NCBI GenBank assembly: GCA_020440645.1
Contig: JAGRNR010000009.1
Location: forward strand, 5,092 to 69,091
Reading direction: 5' to 3'
From: a bacterium
GTDB lineage: Bacteria; 4484-113; JAFGCY01
DNA length: 64,000 nt
The position numbers were made by a program, and so were the translations under genes. This document shows positions 53,104-63,620 of the stretch, piece by piece (within the stretch, counting starts at the first letter, position 1; each line of letters starts with the position of its first letter). The notes beneath the pieces were generated by a model. The model was given only the letters and a program-made list of their open reading frames with translations. It did not search any database and had not been told where the DNA came from.

Positions 53104-56100
53104 ATGAAACGAAGCATCTTCACTCCTATGATCCTGTTTGTGCTGCTGATTGGCGCATGCGCCTCACAGCAGCAGCTCAGTGCTGAACCGGGTGCAGGCG
53201 GCACTACGGTGTTCGATAACGACGCAGGCAGCCCGGGCCTCGTGGATGACCCCGGCATGCTGGCCCTGCCCGGTGAGCCGGGCAACCTGGCCGGACTGCG
53301 CAATGTCGCGGACCCGGAGGCTGAGCTGGAACTGCCGCGGCGCACGGCGCGGGCCGGGCAGGACTTTGCCGCCAACCGCCTGGTGGTGGTCTGGGAGAAC
53401 CAGCCGGACCCGGCGGTGCAGCAGCAGTACATGGGCGGCGGCCCGCAGGCGGACCTCAGGCGGGCGACGGACAACCATCCGCTGGTGGACCACCCCTTCT
53501 ACCGCCGTGTCAGCCACAACTTCGCCCAGCACTACGGCCTCAGTGAGTTCGGCCGGGTGTTCTACAAGGATGTCAACTTCACTGCATATGAAGTGCCCGG
53601 CCTGACGGATGTCAGCCAGCTGGACGCGCTGATGCAGAAGCTGCTCAGCGAGAACCGGGGCCTCGTGCGCGAGGTGAACTACGACTTCTACGTGGACATC
53701 AGCCAGACGGTGGAAACTGAGCCGGTGCCGCTTGATCAGGAGCGCATCCAGCAGGTCATCCAGTCCTCTCCGGCTGCACCACAGCGCATGCGTGAGCAGA
53801 ACCGCAGCACGAGCGCTGCCCCGAATGACCCGATGCACCTGAACCTGAGCGGCAGCGACGGCGGCACCTGGGCAAACTGGCGCATCGGTGCGGTCGACGG
53901 CCAGGCCTGGGACAGCGGGGTGGGCAGCCATGACGTGGTGGTGGCGGTGGTGGACACCGGTGTGCGCTACACGCATGAGGACCTCGCTGACAACGCGATC
54001 GAGCCCGCCGCGGAATTCCCGTACAACGAACCGGGCATCCTGACGGACGTGATCAACAAGGACAACGACCCGTTTGACGACCACGGCCACGGCACCTACT
54101 GCTCCGGCATCGTCGGCGCCGTTGGCAACAACGGGCTCGGGCTGGCCGGTGCCAACCAGCAGGTCAGCATCCTGCCGGTCAAGGTGCTCAGCGGCGGCGG
54201 CAGCGGCAGCGAGACCCAGGTGGCGGAAGGCATGCTGCTGGCGGACTACCTCGGGGCGGACATCATCAGCATGTCGCTCGGCGGGGATTTCCCGGACCGC
54301 ATCATGCAGCTGGCCGCCAAGCAGTGCGACAGTGACGGAGTGCTGGTGGTGGTGGCCGCCGGCAACAACAACTGGGGCGGGCTGTTCTACCCGGCCTACT
54401 ACCCGGAATGCCTCGGGGTCGGTGCGACCACACTTGTCAACGACTCCAATGACCAGGACTTCAGCCAGGTGGACGGCGAGATCCCGACGGCTGACCGGTA
54501 CGACGCGCGCGCCAACTTCTCCAACTACGGCAGCTGGGTGGACATCGCTGCCCCCGGCGTGCAGGTGCGCTCGACATCAAACGGCTCGGACACTTCATAC
54601 GGCGCAAGTGGTGCCGGCACCAGCTTCGCCTGTCCCTACGTGGCCGGCTGCGCAGCGCTGCTGTGGGCGCATATGGGGCCGGACAAAAGCAACCATGAGG
54701 TGCGCGGCATGCTGCAGGGCAGTGCCACCGTGATGGACCACCTCAACAACGGTGCCAACCCGCGCGGCTTCATTGACAACGACACCAACGGCACGGTGCG
54801 CTTCGTGAACGTCTGGGAGGCGATCAAGCTGTACGATGCCGGGCCCTATGAAGCGCCGGCTGTCAGCTGGACCAGCCCGCTGGAGGGAGCGAGCGTCAGC
54901 GGCCTGACCGACCTGCAGCTGGAGATCACGGGCGGCAGCGGCAACATCCTAAAGGTGTCCTTTGAGACCCCGACGCGGCACCTCGGCACGGTGACCGAGG
55001 AGACTGGCGGCTTCTGGCAACTGAGCTGGGACAGCGCGTTTGAGTTCAACGGCGGGCAGACCATCACGGCGACGGTGACGGACGACGTCGGGCACATCAT
55101 CAGCCTGCCGCTGCATGTCAACTGTGACAATGCGCACATCGTGCCGGAGTGGCAGGAGGGCTTCGACGGCCTGGCGGATGACACGCTGCCGGCGGGCTGG
55201 TCCGTGCTGGATGGCAACGCCGGTACCAACAACACCATCTGGGGCGCTGACAACTCAGATGGTGGCGATGCCTCCCCTTCGATGCACTCCAGCGGCAGCA
55301 CGGGGAACTACGCCCCCAACAGCAATGACTGGCTGTATGCGCCGGTGATCGACCTGACAGGCGTTGCCAGCGCCTCGCTCGAGTTCAACTACCTGCACCG
55401 GATGGCCAATGACGGCGGTTTCCTGTTCATCACGGCGGATGACGAGACCTACGCCGGCGACGGATTCTTCGGCGGTGGCAACCCGGACTGGGACAGCTAC
55501 AGCTTTGACCTGACGCCGTTTTGCGGCGCGGAAGTGCGCATCTTCTGGGTGATCGACTGCAATGGCGGCAACCAGGCCGGCGGGATGTGGATTGACGACG
55601 TGCACATCACCGTGCCGGAGGGCACGCCGCCGACCGTCAGCATAGACAGCCCGCTGGCCAATGCCAGCGTGGACGGCATCGTGGACGTGCAGCTGACCCT
55701 GAGCGATGATACGGTGGCGGTCGAACTGATCGGCCTGCCGGTCAGTGCCCCGCCGCTGCTGTTTGACAGCATCCCGGACAACGACCCCGAGAACCCGACG
55801 AAGACATTCACGGCCACATGGGACAGCCGCCAGACCGGCACCGGAAATGTGCTGCTGCGCGCGCGGGCCTATGATGATGAAAGTGACAACGGCGGGCTGG
55901 ATGACCTGGCGGCCGAGGACAGCGTGGTGCTGGACGTGACAAACCCCGTGGCCGGCCCCGGCTGGCTGGAGGACTTCGAGGATGTGGTGGACCTCGGCGG
56001 GACTGACAACGGCCAGCCGGATGGTGCGTGGTTCCGTATCGGCGCTGACCCGGTGCGCTGGCGTACGGGCCTGCAGGCCCCCTGGCGCGGCCTGGGCCAC

Positions 56101-56775
56101 GCCTACTTCGGCCCTGATGGCGGCGGAGACTATGGCAACGATGAACTGGGCTGGCTGTACAGTCCGCTGATTGATCTGGCTGCTGCGGCCCGCCCGCGGA
56201 TCCGCCTGCAGCACAGCCTCGACGTGGACGCTGCCAATGCCGACCGTGCAGTGGTCTACATGGTGCGTTATAACGGCAGTGAGGTGCTGGAAGCCAACCT
56301 GTTTGAACAGCGCAATGACACTGCTGGTTACCAGCCGCTGCTGTTCAACCTTGACGGGATGTCCCAGCAGCCCTTCCGCCTGCTGTTCCTGTTCGACTCC
56401 GATGGCAACAGCCAGGCCGGCAGCGGCTGGAGCCTGGATGACATAGAGGTAATGGATGCTGATCCCTTCCTGCTAGGCCTGACTCAGCCGCGCGGCTATC
56501 CCGGCCAGACGGTGGTGCTCAATGGCAGCAACTTTGGGGTGCTGCAGGAGGACAGCTTCGTCAGCTTCCGCAGTGAGGGTGGCGGCAGCACGCTTGCAAC
56601 AGTCAGCTCATGGAGCAATACGGAAATCAGCGTGGTCGTGCCGCCGGATGCTGATAGTGGCGATGTGTTCGTGACCGTGCTGGGCTTTGAAAGCAATGCG
56701 CGCCACTTCAGCCGGCTGCTGGACCCGACTGAGCTGACCGGCATCGGACAGTTCAGCCTGTCTGACGGCATCTGA
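53104..56775 (+). CDS. Giant secreted subtilisin-like serine peptidase (S8 family) with long C-terminal beta-domain extensions ending in an IPT/TIG-like domain
   Basis: ORF 53077..56775. Likely start MKRSIFTPMILFVLLIGACAS (lipoprotein signal). Catalytic triad motifs VAVVDTGVRYTHEDL (Asp), HGHGTYCSGIVGA (His), GTSFACPYVAGCAALL (Ser). About 700 C-terminal residues of beta-rich domains, last ~90 aa IPT/TIG-like (…GYPGQTVVLNGSNFG…VSFRSEGGGSTLATVSSWSNTEISVVVP…). Confidence 0.85.
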   Translation: MKRSIFTPMILFVLLIGACASQQQLSAEPGAGGTTVFDNDAGSPGLVDDPGMLALPGEPGNLAGLRNVADPEAELELPRRTARAGQDFAANRLVVVWENQPDPAVQQQYMGGGPQADLRRATDNHPLVDHPFYRRVSHNFAQHYGLSEFGRVFYKDVNFTAYEVPGLTDVSQLDALMQKLLSENRGLVREVNYDFYVDISQTVETEPVPLDQERIQQVIQSSPAAPQRMREQNRSTSAAPNDPMHLNLSGSDGGTWANWRIGAVDGQAWDSGVGSHDVVVAVVDTGVRYTHEDLADNAIEPAAEFPYNEPGILTDVINKDNDPFDDHGHGTYCSGIVGAVGNNGLGLAGANQQVSILPVKVLSGGGSGSETQVAEGMLLADYLGADIISMSLGGDFPDRIMQLAAKQCDSDGVLVVVAAGNNNWGGLFYPAYYPECLGVGATTLVNDSNDQDFSQVDGEIPTADRYDARANFSNYGSWVDIAAPGVQVRSTSNGSDTSYGASGAGTSFACPYVAGCAALLWAHMGPDKSNHEVRGMLQGSATVMDHLNNGANPRGFIDNDTNGTVRFVNVWEAIKLYDAGPYEAPAVSWTSPLEGASVSGLTDLQLEITGGSGNILKVSFETPTRHLGTVTEETGGFWQLSWDSAFEFNGGQTITATVTDDVGHIISLPLHVNCDNAHIVPEWQEGFDGLADDTLPAGWSVLDGNAGTNNTIWGADNSDGGDASPSMHSSGSTGNYAPNSNDWLYAPVIDLTGVASASLEFNYLHRMANDGGFLFITADDETYAGDGFFGGGNPDWDSYSFDLTPFCGAEVRIFWVIDCNGGNQAGGMWIDDVHITVPEGTPPTVSIDSPLANASVDGIVDVQLTLSDDTVAVELIGLPVSAPPLLFDSIPDNDPENPTKTFTATWDSRQTGTGNVLLRARAYDDESDNGGLDDLAAEDSVVLDVTNPVAGPGWLEDFEDVVDLGGTDNGQPDGAWFRIGADPVRWRTGLQAPWRGLGHAYFGPDGGGDYGNDELGWLYSPLIDLAAAARPRIRLQHSLDVDAANADRAVVYMVRYNGSEVLEANLFEQRNDTAGYQPLLFNLDGMSQQPFRLLFLFDSDGNSQAGSGWSLDDIEVMDADPFLLGLTQPRGYPGQTVVLNGSNFGVLQEDSFVSFRSEGGGSTLATVSSWSNTEISVVVPPDADSGDVFVTVLGFESNARHFSRLLDPTELTGIGQFSLSDGI

Positions 56776-57900
56776 TCACAGGCTGTCCGGGCCGAATGGG
56801 ACTACAGCATCGCCGTCAATCCAGTGCAGGCCATGCTCGCCGGTGCCCACCCAGGTCCGGCCCGCCTTGTCACGCTGGACCGTCATGGTGAATGCGCCAT
56901 TGCAGATCGGATACTTGTGCACCTTGCCGGCGGCGTACTGCCAGACTCCATCAGTGCCGCAGGCCAGCCACATCGTTCCGTCCGGATCCTGTGTGACTGA
57001 GGCAAAGTAACTGAAGTTGTCAGCATTGTCAGTGCCTGCATCCGGCAGGCCCGGCAGCTTGCTGTAGGCAAGCTGGCTGAATCCAGCTTCCAGCCTGGCT
57101 TCAGCGGAGAACTCAAAGCGCTGCCGCGTGTTACAGATCCAGAAGGCGCCATCCCGGTCCTCGAAGATGGAGCGCAGGCCGAAGTTTCCGCCAGCCGGGG
57201 TGTTCACCAGTTCGTCCTCGTACAGCCAGCTGAACTCCCGGCCATCCCAGCGGCAGGCTCCAAGCGAAGCCGTCCCGAACCAGACATTGCCAGCTCGGTC
57301 CCTGTAAATGGTGTAGACACCGGCCGGGTCATAGCCGAGGTTCGGGTTGCGCCTGCGGTAATCCTCCAGTCCGGGAGCCGGCGGCAGATGCAGGCTTATC
57401 AAGCTGTCGCCATCAAACAGGCAGGGATTGTTCCTCGCAGGGTCCAGGATCAGCCAGACCTGCTTGGGCCCTGGTTTGAGGGTGCCCCAGTCCTGGCCGT
57501 AGTCAACAGGTTCAAGCAGCGAGAAGTTCTGTCCATCGAAGCGTGAAAGGCCCCTAGTGGTGGTGATCAGCAGGCCGCCGGAGCCGTCGCCAGTGATGCC
57601 CCGCACATTGTTGCCAGCCAGGCCGTCGGCTTCCGTGTAGTTCGTGATTTCCTGCCCGGCGATCCGGAACAGGCCGCTTTCCGTGCAGCCCAGCCAGTAA
57701 ACGCCATCCGGGTCCTGGTGGATGCACCAGGCGCCCGATCCCACTTCATTGACAATCCGGCCCGGCTGGGAAACGCCTTCGCTGGCAACAGCCGGACTGG
57801 CCAGCGGGCGCTGAGCCCGGGCCAGCAGGTAAACGGATAAGACCAGCAGCAGTGGCAGGACGAGGCCAGCAATGCGCCAGGCTTGGGGTTTATTGGACAT
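56776..57900 (-). CDS. Membrane-anchored beta-propeller protein with two-component-regulator-propeller (Reg_prop)-like repeats
   Basis: ORF 56776..58209. Start placed at ATG 57898-57900 (MSNKPQAWRIAGLVLPLLLVLSVYLLA, signal/anchor). Repeated GxxW.GT units (GVYWLGCTESGLFRI; NVWFGTASLGACRW; AFWICN; TMWLACGTDGVWQY; RTWVGTGEHGLHWIDG). Confidence 0.6.
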   Translation of the reverse strand: MSNKPQAWRIAGLVLPLLLVLSVYLLARAQRPLASPAVASEGVSQPGRIVNEVGSGAWCIHQDPDGVYWLGCTESGLFRIAGQEITNYTEADGLAGNNVRGITGDGSGGLLITTTRGLSRFDGQNFSLLEPVDYGQDWGTLKPGPKQVWLILDPARNNPCLFDGDSLISLHLPPAPGLEDYRRRNPNLGYDPAGVYTIYRDRAGNVWFGTASLGACRWDGREFSWLYEDELVNTPAGGNFGLRSIFEDRDGAFWICNTRQRFEFSAEARLEAGFSQLAYSKLPGLPDAGTDNADNFSYFASVTQDPDGTMWLACGTDGVWQYAAGKVHKYPICNGAFTMTVQRDKAGRTWVGTGEHGLHWIDGDAVVPFGPDSL

Positions 57901-57977
57901 CACAGCGGATTGTATGCGCTGCTGGGTGATCAAGGTCTGGATTGGCATCCCAGTCTGGGCTGAAGTAGAATCTATGC

Positions 57978-60308
57978 ATGGGACAGAAACTTCTGAGCTG
58001 GCTTGCGCGGTGCAGCGCGCTAGCCCTTCTGCTCGCTGGCTGCAGCAATGACAGCGGCAATGCATGGAAACAGAGCGCACAGAATACTGCGAATGCCAGG
58101 CCACCCGTGGCGGGAGAGATCCGTTACCAGCCGCGCAGCATGGTTGAGATCGCCAGTCTGCTGGATGAGCTGCCTGTCCAGGACATGACTGAGGAGCAGC
58201 AGGATGCACTGGCCTTCATCCGCGCCACCGATGCAGATGACGTTGATGGGATCAGGCAGCTGCTTGCGGATGGCCGGGATGCCGCCGCGCAGGTTGGCGA
58301 TGTGACGGCGCTGCACTTCGCCGTACGCAATGGCAATAGCCGGATCATCAAACTGCTGCTGGATGCGGATGACAACCGCGACTACGGACTGCCCGGCGGT
58401 GACGAGCTGACGATGGAACTGGCCTGCCGGGGCATGGATGACAAGGTGCTGGCGGTACTTGTCGAGAATGGCCTGCAGATCAGTTATACGAATTCAGATG
58501 ACTGGAGAATCCAGGACCTGGATTATTCGTCCAACCCGCAGATGCTGGATTATCTGCTTGCAGACAGGCCTGAGGACTACGTCTTTGCCGAGATGATCAG
58601 GAAGGCCTGCTTCAGCTCCAACCCTGATTATCTGCGTCACATGCTGGTCCGCTTTGGCGACATCCGGAAGGAGCCGTTCATGTTTGACGATGCATTGCAC
58701 AACACAGAAATGATGCAGGTGATGATTGACAAGGGCCTTACGATTGAACTTCGGGAATCCAGCATGAAGTATGAGGACGATAAGAATCCACGAAACGTAG
58801 TGGGTAGCTTAGCGCTCAGTGAAGCATTGACGTCAATCATTTCTCCAGGGAAGTACCCCCGCGCCATCCCGGAGATTCCTGCACGCTCCTCAAGTGTTGC
58901 TGAGATACTGCAATTCCTGCATGCTAACGGTGCTCAGTTCGATGCAGCCGGTGAGAAGCATCAGCCCTGGGTCAACCAGATTCTAATGACACCAGACTTG
59001 GAAATCATGCTGTCAATGAAAGACCTTGGCTACGACATCATCGCCTGGGCGAAGCAGGATGACGGCTTTAGTGAATCTCTGGCCTACTTCTGCGGTGCCG
59101 TTGAATATGGGGAGCGGCATCCGGAACTGAGTGCTGCGGAAGTACTTGACCAGCTGCAGTCCCTGGGCATCGACATCAGGCAGGAAAGCATCGCCCTACA
59201 TCTGATGTTGACTTCCATGGAAGCCGGCAATGAGGAAATCATGGCTGAGCTGTTGAGCCGCGGTGTGCCTGTCAGTCTGGCCATGGCTGCTGCGATGGGC
59301 GACGTGGATTCTGTTGGCAAACTGTATGCAGCGGCCGGGGATACCGAGAGAACGAATGCGGCTGGCTACGCTGCCCGGTTTGGGCATTCTGATGTGTTCG
59401 AGCTGCTTGTCAGCCTAGGCGCGGAGATTGAATTGGCTGACATGCTGAGGATGGACAGGGCGGACCTGCTGGAGTCCGAGCTGGAATCCGGCCGGGATCC
59501 TGACGACCTGCTGGATGAGAGTCTGGCCGGGATCCCTCCACTGATGATGATCACGGATGAACCAGTATATGCAACAGCATTGCAGCAAGCCTGCGCCTCA
59601 AATGATGCATCTGTTGTCAGACTGTTGATTGAACATGGTGCCGCAGTGCAGCGGGACACTGAAAGCGGCACACTGCTGCCATTGCTTATGCGGATATGCA
59701 TGAAAGAGGATTCCGCTGCCGCGCTGGAAGTTCTACTTGATGATGGCATTCTCTCTTCGGCGGAAAGTTACGGCAAGGCCATCGACCATGCCTTCCTGTC
59801 CGGCAGTTTCGCCTGTGCAGCGCTGCTGATGGATCTTGCCCCGGCGGACTGGCAGGACTGGTCATTGTCCGATCCCGCTCGCAGCTATGCTGACAACTTC
59901 CCGGTAGCGGATGCAGGGCAGATCGATATACTCAAGGGCCTTGCAGCGGATGGCGGGCAGATGGACACGGTCAACCTCGGATTGCTGACGGAACTCAGCC
60001 AGTTAGCTGCCAACCATGATGCGTACAATGTCTATGGAGAGGCCCAGCCTGTCGCCAACATTCAGAATGTGCGCCTGTGGCTGGAAGCAGGGGCGGATCC
60101 TAATGCAAATGATGGCCCATCCAGCCCGCTGAATGACAGCAGCAATGGCGTAATGGAGCTTGCCGTGCGCAGTGGCAATGCGGAGCTGCTAAGCCTGCTT
60201 GTCGAATATGGCGGCTCTATGCCTCCCGCCAGCGAACTGGCGCCTTTGCTGCTGAAGGATTACCTACTCGGTGAGATCAGGCTGAGCTACGGTTCCCTGC
60301 AGTACTGA
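57978..60308 (+). CDS. Ankyrin-repeat lipoprotein (paralog-like to the gene at 1628..3922)
   Basis: Lipobox ALALLLAGCSNDSG. More than 10 ankyrin-like repeats (…GDVTALHFAVRNGNSRIIKLLLDA…; …NAAGYAARFGHSDVFELLVSLGAEI…; …PLNDSSNGVMELAVRSGNAELLSLLVEYG…). Both ankyrin ORFs begin with MGQKL in the ORF track. Confidence 0.8.
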   Translation: MGQKLLSWLARCSALALLLAGCSNDSGNAWKQSAQNTANARPPVAGEIRYQPRSMVEIASLLDELPVQDMTEEQQDALAFIRATDADDVDGIRQLLADGRDAAAQVGDVTALHFAVRNGNSRIIKLLLDADDNRDYGLPGGDELTMELACRGMDDKVLAVLVENGLQISYTNSDDWRIQDLDYSSNPQMLDYLLADRPEDYVFAEMIRKACFSSNPDYLRHMLVRFGDIRKEPFMFDDALHNTEMMQVMIDKGLTIELRESSMKYEDDKNPRNVVGSLALSEALTSIISPGKYPRAIPEIPARSSSVAEILQFLHANGAQFDAAGEKHQPWVNQILMTPDLEIMLSMKDLGYDIIAWAKQDDGFSESLAYFCGAVEYGERHPELSAAEVLDQLQSLGIDIRQESIALHLMLTSMEAGNEEIMAELLSRGVPVSLAMAAAMGDVDSVGKLYAAAGDTERTNAAGYAARFGHSDVFELLVSLGAEIELADMLRMDRADLLESELESGRDPDDLLDESLAGIPPLMMITDEPVYATALQQACASNDASVVRLLIEHGAAVQRDTESGTLLPLLMRICMKEDSAAALEVLLDDGILSSAESYGKAIDHAFLSGSFACAALLMDLAPADWQDWSLSDPARSYADNFPVADAGQIDILKGLAADGGQMDTVNLGLLTELSQLAANHDAYNVYGEAQPVANIQNVRLWLEAGADPNANDGPSSPLNDSSNGVMELAVRSGNAELLSLLVEYGGSMPPASELAPLLLKDYLLGEIRLSYGSLQY

Positions 60309-60317
60309 GCCTTTCGC

Positions 60318-60530
60318 CTAGTCTTCCTTCGCCGCTTCCAGCTTGCGCAGGCGGATGTCCATTTCCGCGATCTGCTCGCGCATCTGCAGCAGCAGGTCGG
60401 CGGCGTTCGAGATGCCCTCGCCGAGTTTCTGGCAGTAGTCCTTGATGCGTTCGATGTCGGCGCGCTGGCCCTCGAGGCTGTCCTCGCCGAGCTCGACGCC
60501 GTCCGGGTCCTTGTGGTCCTGTTCGCTCAT
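60318..60530 (-). CDS. Small acidic coiled-coil protein (70 aa)
   Basis: MSEQDHKDPDGVELGEDSLEGQRADIERIKDYCQKLGEGISNAADLLLQMREQIAEMDIRLRKLEAAKED. Heptad-like pattern. Family uncertain (SlyX/ZapB-like size class). Confidence 0.4.
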   Translation of the reverse strand: MSEQDHKDPDGVELGEDSLEGQRADIERIKDYCQKLGEGISNAADLLLQMREQIAEMDIRLRKLEAAKED

Positions 60531-60603
60531 ATGTGCTCCAGTGGCCGCCCGCCGCAGCGCGCACGACGGGCGGAGGGATAGGTTAGCAGACGCCCCGCCG
60601 GAC

Positions 60604-62457
60604 CTAGCCGCGGCCCTTCAGCTCAGCGCTGAGCGTGAGCTCTGCCCCGTCGCGCACCACCACGAGCTCCACCACATCGCCGGGCTTGTGCTCCTCCAGC
60701 GCGTAGGTGAAGTCGTAGATGTTGCGGATCACGGCGTCGCCAAGCTTCACCAGCCGGTCACCGGCCTGCAGGCCGGCCTCGCTTGCCGGGCTGTTCTGGC
60801 GAACTCCGGCCAGCAGCACACCGTCGCCACCGAGGTAGCTGTAATCCGGGATCGTGCCGAGGCTGACCTTGTAGCCGCGCCCGGTGTCCACCTCGCCGGA
60901 GCCCTGGCGGTTGATCTGCGGTGAGAGGTCCTCGGTGAAGGTCAGCTTGCCGTCCAGCGCGTTGAGTTCGTCAATCACGCCGCTGACAATCCCGACCACC
61001 TGCAGCGCCCCCTCGTAGTTCAGCAGGTCAGCGGTGTCCGCCGGGGTGTGGTACTGCTCGTGCAGGCCGGAGAAGAAATTCAGCACCGGCAGCTGCTTGG
61101 TGTAGAAGGCGGTGTAGTCACTGCCGCCCACGCCGTCGTCAAAGCGCTTGACTTCAAGCCCGCTGGCAGCGGAGGCACTGTCGAGGATGCCGGCCCATTC
61201 CTCCGCACTGCCCAGCCCCTGCACGGTGATCACCTGGTCCTTCACGCGGCCGATCATGTCCATGTTGAGCATCGCCACGCAGTTGTCGAGCGGCACCGTG
61301 GCATTGCGCACGTAGTGCAGCGAGCCGAGGATGCCGAGCTCCTCACCACTGAAGCAGATGAACAGGATGCTGCGGCGGCTGCCATGCTCGGAGAAGTGCC
61401 GCGCCAGTTCGAGCACGCCGGCGGTGCCGCTGGCGTTGTCATCCGCGCCGTGGTGGATCCGGTCATGCCAGTCCAGCGCGTTGAGTTCCTCAGGTGTGAG
61501 AGAGGTACGGGCCTCGCCATGGCCGAGGTGGTCATAATGCGCGCCGACCACGATGTACTCATCGGGCAGCTCGCTGCCGCGCAACAGGCCGACCACGTTG
61601 TCAGTCTTGCTGAAGGTGCGCTCGAGGTCAGTGTTGAGTTCCACCGTCAGGTAGCTCATGTCCAGGGTCTGCGGCATTAGCTCCGTATCCATTGTGTCCT
61701 GCATCTTCCCCAGGTCACCTTCCCAGAATGTCATCAGCTCCTGCAGGCGCCCGGCCTTGAGCTGCACCACCGGGATCGGCGCCTCGCCGTACACATCGCC
61801 GCTGCCAAGTTCCATCAGCGGGTCGCCCGGCTCCGCCAACCTATCATTCGGGCCGCTGACGACCACCAGCGCCGCGACCCCGTGGCGGTAGGCATTCTGC
61901 GCCTTGTAGCGCAGGTCGCCGTAATGTGACATCCGCCTGCCGGCAAACATCGCCTCGTCATCGGTCTGTGGCTCATGGCGCAGCACGGCGACGATCTTGC
62001 CCTTCACATCGAGGCCTTCGTAGTCGTCATAGCCGAAGTCCTCGGCGGTGATGCCGTAGCCTACGAAGATGATGCCGCTCGCGACCTGGCCGTCCGGGCA
62101 GAAGTGCAGCGGGGTCCAGTCCTTGCCGAGCTCCCATGCGGTGTTCTGGCCATGCGCGCCCCACTGGGCGGAGTTGCCATCCCCGAGCACCACGCCGCTG
62201 GTGAAGTCGAAGGGCTGCATGAAGCTGCCGTCAACACCGGCCGGTTCCAGCCCGCAGTCGATGAAGATGTCGGCGATGTAATGCGCCGCCTTTTCACCCC
62301 CGGGCGTGCCGCTCATGCGCCCTTCCAGCTCGTCGCTGGAGAGGTATTCGACTGCCTCGCGGTAGCGCAGCTCGTCGAAGGCGGCGGATGCACGGATGCT
62401 CGCCGCAAGCAGCAGCATCGTACACAGCAGGGTCAGCGCATTGAATGAAACTCGCAT
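60604..62457 (-). CDS. Secreted M28-family zinc aminopeptidase with PA domain and C-terminal PDZ domain
   Basis: ORF 60604..62484. Start placed at the Met at 62457 (MRVSFNALTLLCTMLLLAASIRASA signal) with GAGGT 7 nt upstream. M28 metal-site motifs (…VGAHYDHLGHG…; …HHGADDNASGTAGVLELA…; …FSGEELGILGS…). C-terminal PDZ-like domain (…GVLLAGVRQNSPASEAGLQAGDRLVKLGDAVIRNIYDF…GDVVELVVVRDG). Confidence 0.8.
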   Translation of the reverse strand: MRVSFNALTLLCTMLLLAASIRASAAFDELRYREAVEYLSSDELEGRMSGTPGGEKAAHYIADIFIDCGLEPAGVDGSFMQPFDFTSGVVLGDGNSAQWGAHGQNTAWELGKDWTPLHFCPDGQVASGIIFVGYGITAEDFGYDDYEGLDVKGKIVAVLRHEPQTDDEAMFAGRRMSHYGDLRYKAQNAYRHGVAALVVVSGPNDRLAEPGDPLMELGSGDVYGEAPIPVVQLKAGRLQELMTFWEGDLGKMQDTMDTELMPQTLDMSYLTVELNTDLERTFSKTDNVVGLLRGSELPDEYIVVGAHYDHLGHGEARTSLTPEELNALDWHDRIHHGADDNASGTAGVLELARHFSEHGSRRSILFICFSGEELGILGSLHYVRNATVPLDNCVAMLNMDMIGRVKDQVITVQGLGSAEEWAGILDSASAASGLEVKRFDDGVGGSDYTAFYTKQLPVLNFFSGLHEQYHTPADTADLLNYEGALQVVGIVSGVIDELNALDGKLTFTEDLSPQINRQGSGEVDTGRGYKVSLGTIPDYSYLGGDGVLLAGVRQNSPASEAGLQAGDRLVKLGDAVIRNIYDFTYALEEHKPGDVVELVVVRDGAELTLSAELKGRG

Positions 62458-62564
62458 AGCCATACCTCGGACCAGTTGGTCCACGGCTGCGATTATACAA
62501 TGCGCGCAAAGGCGGAAGGCCGATTCTGACTGAATGAATCGCTTATTCGTGAATCAATGGACGA

Positions 62565-62861
62565 TCACGCGACGGCTTCGCGGCCATCCGGCTGGAAGGC
62601 CCGCACCCCGGCCACACGCTCCAGGATGTTGCGGCAGAAGCATTCCACGAGCCAGTCCTCGCCCAGCTCGACATCCGCCTGCGACACCGTGAGCTGCGTG
62701 GATACGCGCGTCCAGCCGAGGTCTATCATCCAGCCGATGCGAAACTCCCCGCGCCGGCCATTGAAGGCCGCCCCGAGGCATTCGATGCGCTGGACCTCGA
62801 CGATTTCCTCAGTCATTACGGCACTTGTCTTTTGTGCCAGTTCCTCGAAAATTCCCAGCAT
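62565..62861 (-). CDS. Hypothetical small protein (98 aa)
   Basis: Clean ORF with coding-like composition. No motif recognised. Confidence 0.35.
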   Translation of the reverse strand: MLGIFEELAQKTSAVMTEEIVEVQRIECLGAAFNGRRGEFRIGWMIDLGWTRVSTQLTVSQADVELGEDWLVECFCRNILERVAGVRAFQPDGREAVA

Positions 62862-62948
62862 GCCAGCAGACTAGCACTGCCGGAGCTGACCGTTAATACT
62901 GTTCACCGGGGATTGGCCGGGATTTGGCAATAGTTCAACCCGGCGCGC

Positions 62949-63620
62949 TCAGGGACGCGGCTTGTCAACCGGCTGTCCACGGTCCGGGCCGGGATCGGCC
63001 TTCTGCTCGCGCGCTTCTGCTGCCGCAGTGGCCGCCATTTCCGCCTTGCCCAGCGGCTCAAGCGGCACTTTCGGGCTGTCAATCGTCAGACCGGTGCGCG
63101 CCTCGAAGGAAGCTTCATCCAGCCAGCGCAGCTGCCAGTCCACGGCGCCATTGAACTCCGGGGGCAGCGCCGGCGGGCCGCCGACGAACAGGATGCTCGT
63201 GATGCGGTCCTCGCTGCGCAGCGAGGCGTGGAAATCCTCCGGGCTTTCCTGCCCGGCGATATGCAGGCTGCCCTCCAGCTTGAGGCGCTCGCCGATATGC
63301 GTCATCTGCAGGAACAGGTTGCCATGCCCGGTCTGCTTCGCATTGGTGTGCACGATCCAGCCGCGGGACTCGAAGCCGTCCGTCGGGTCCATCGGCACGC
63401 TGACCAGGTGCCTGCCGTCCACATGCGGCAGGAGCAGGCCGAAGCCGGTGGTCATCTCACTGTCGTCGACGTATTCCTCGACGATGAACAGCTGGCTGCC
63501 GACCAGCTTGCCGTCCTCATCGAGGCCGGCCAGCTCGAAGTAGCCCTGCTCGGGGTACTCGCAGGAACACAGCCCGCACAGCAGCATCAGAATCGCAGTT
63601 GAAAGGATGAAAGCCCGCAC
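62949..63620 (-). CDS. Hypothetical lipoprotein (223 aa)
   Basis: Lipobox ILMLLCGLCSCEYPEQG. Soluble domain without recognisable family. Basic/Pro-rich C-terminal tail. Confidence 0.5.
   Translation of the reverse strand: MRAFILSTAILMLLCGLCSCEYPEQGYFELAGLDEDGKLVGSQLFIVEEYVDDSEMTTGFGLLLPHVDGRHLVSVPMDPTDGFESRGWIVHTNAKQTGHGNLFLQMTHIGERLKLEGSLHIAGQESPEDFHASLRSEDRITSILFVGGPPALPPEFNGAVDWQLRWLDEASFEARTGLTIDSPKVPLEPLGKAEMAATAAAEAREQKADPGPDRGQPVDKPRP

Noticed and set aside
53164-56214. Minus-strand ORFs 53164..54090 and 55255..56214
   Set aside because: Antisense to the S8 subtilase, which has an intact Asp/His/Ser triad on the plus strand.
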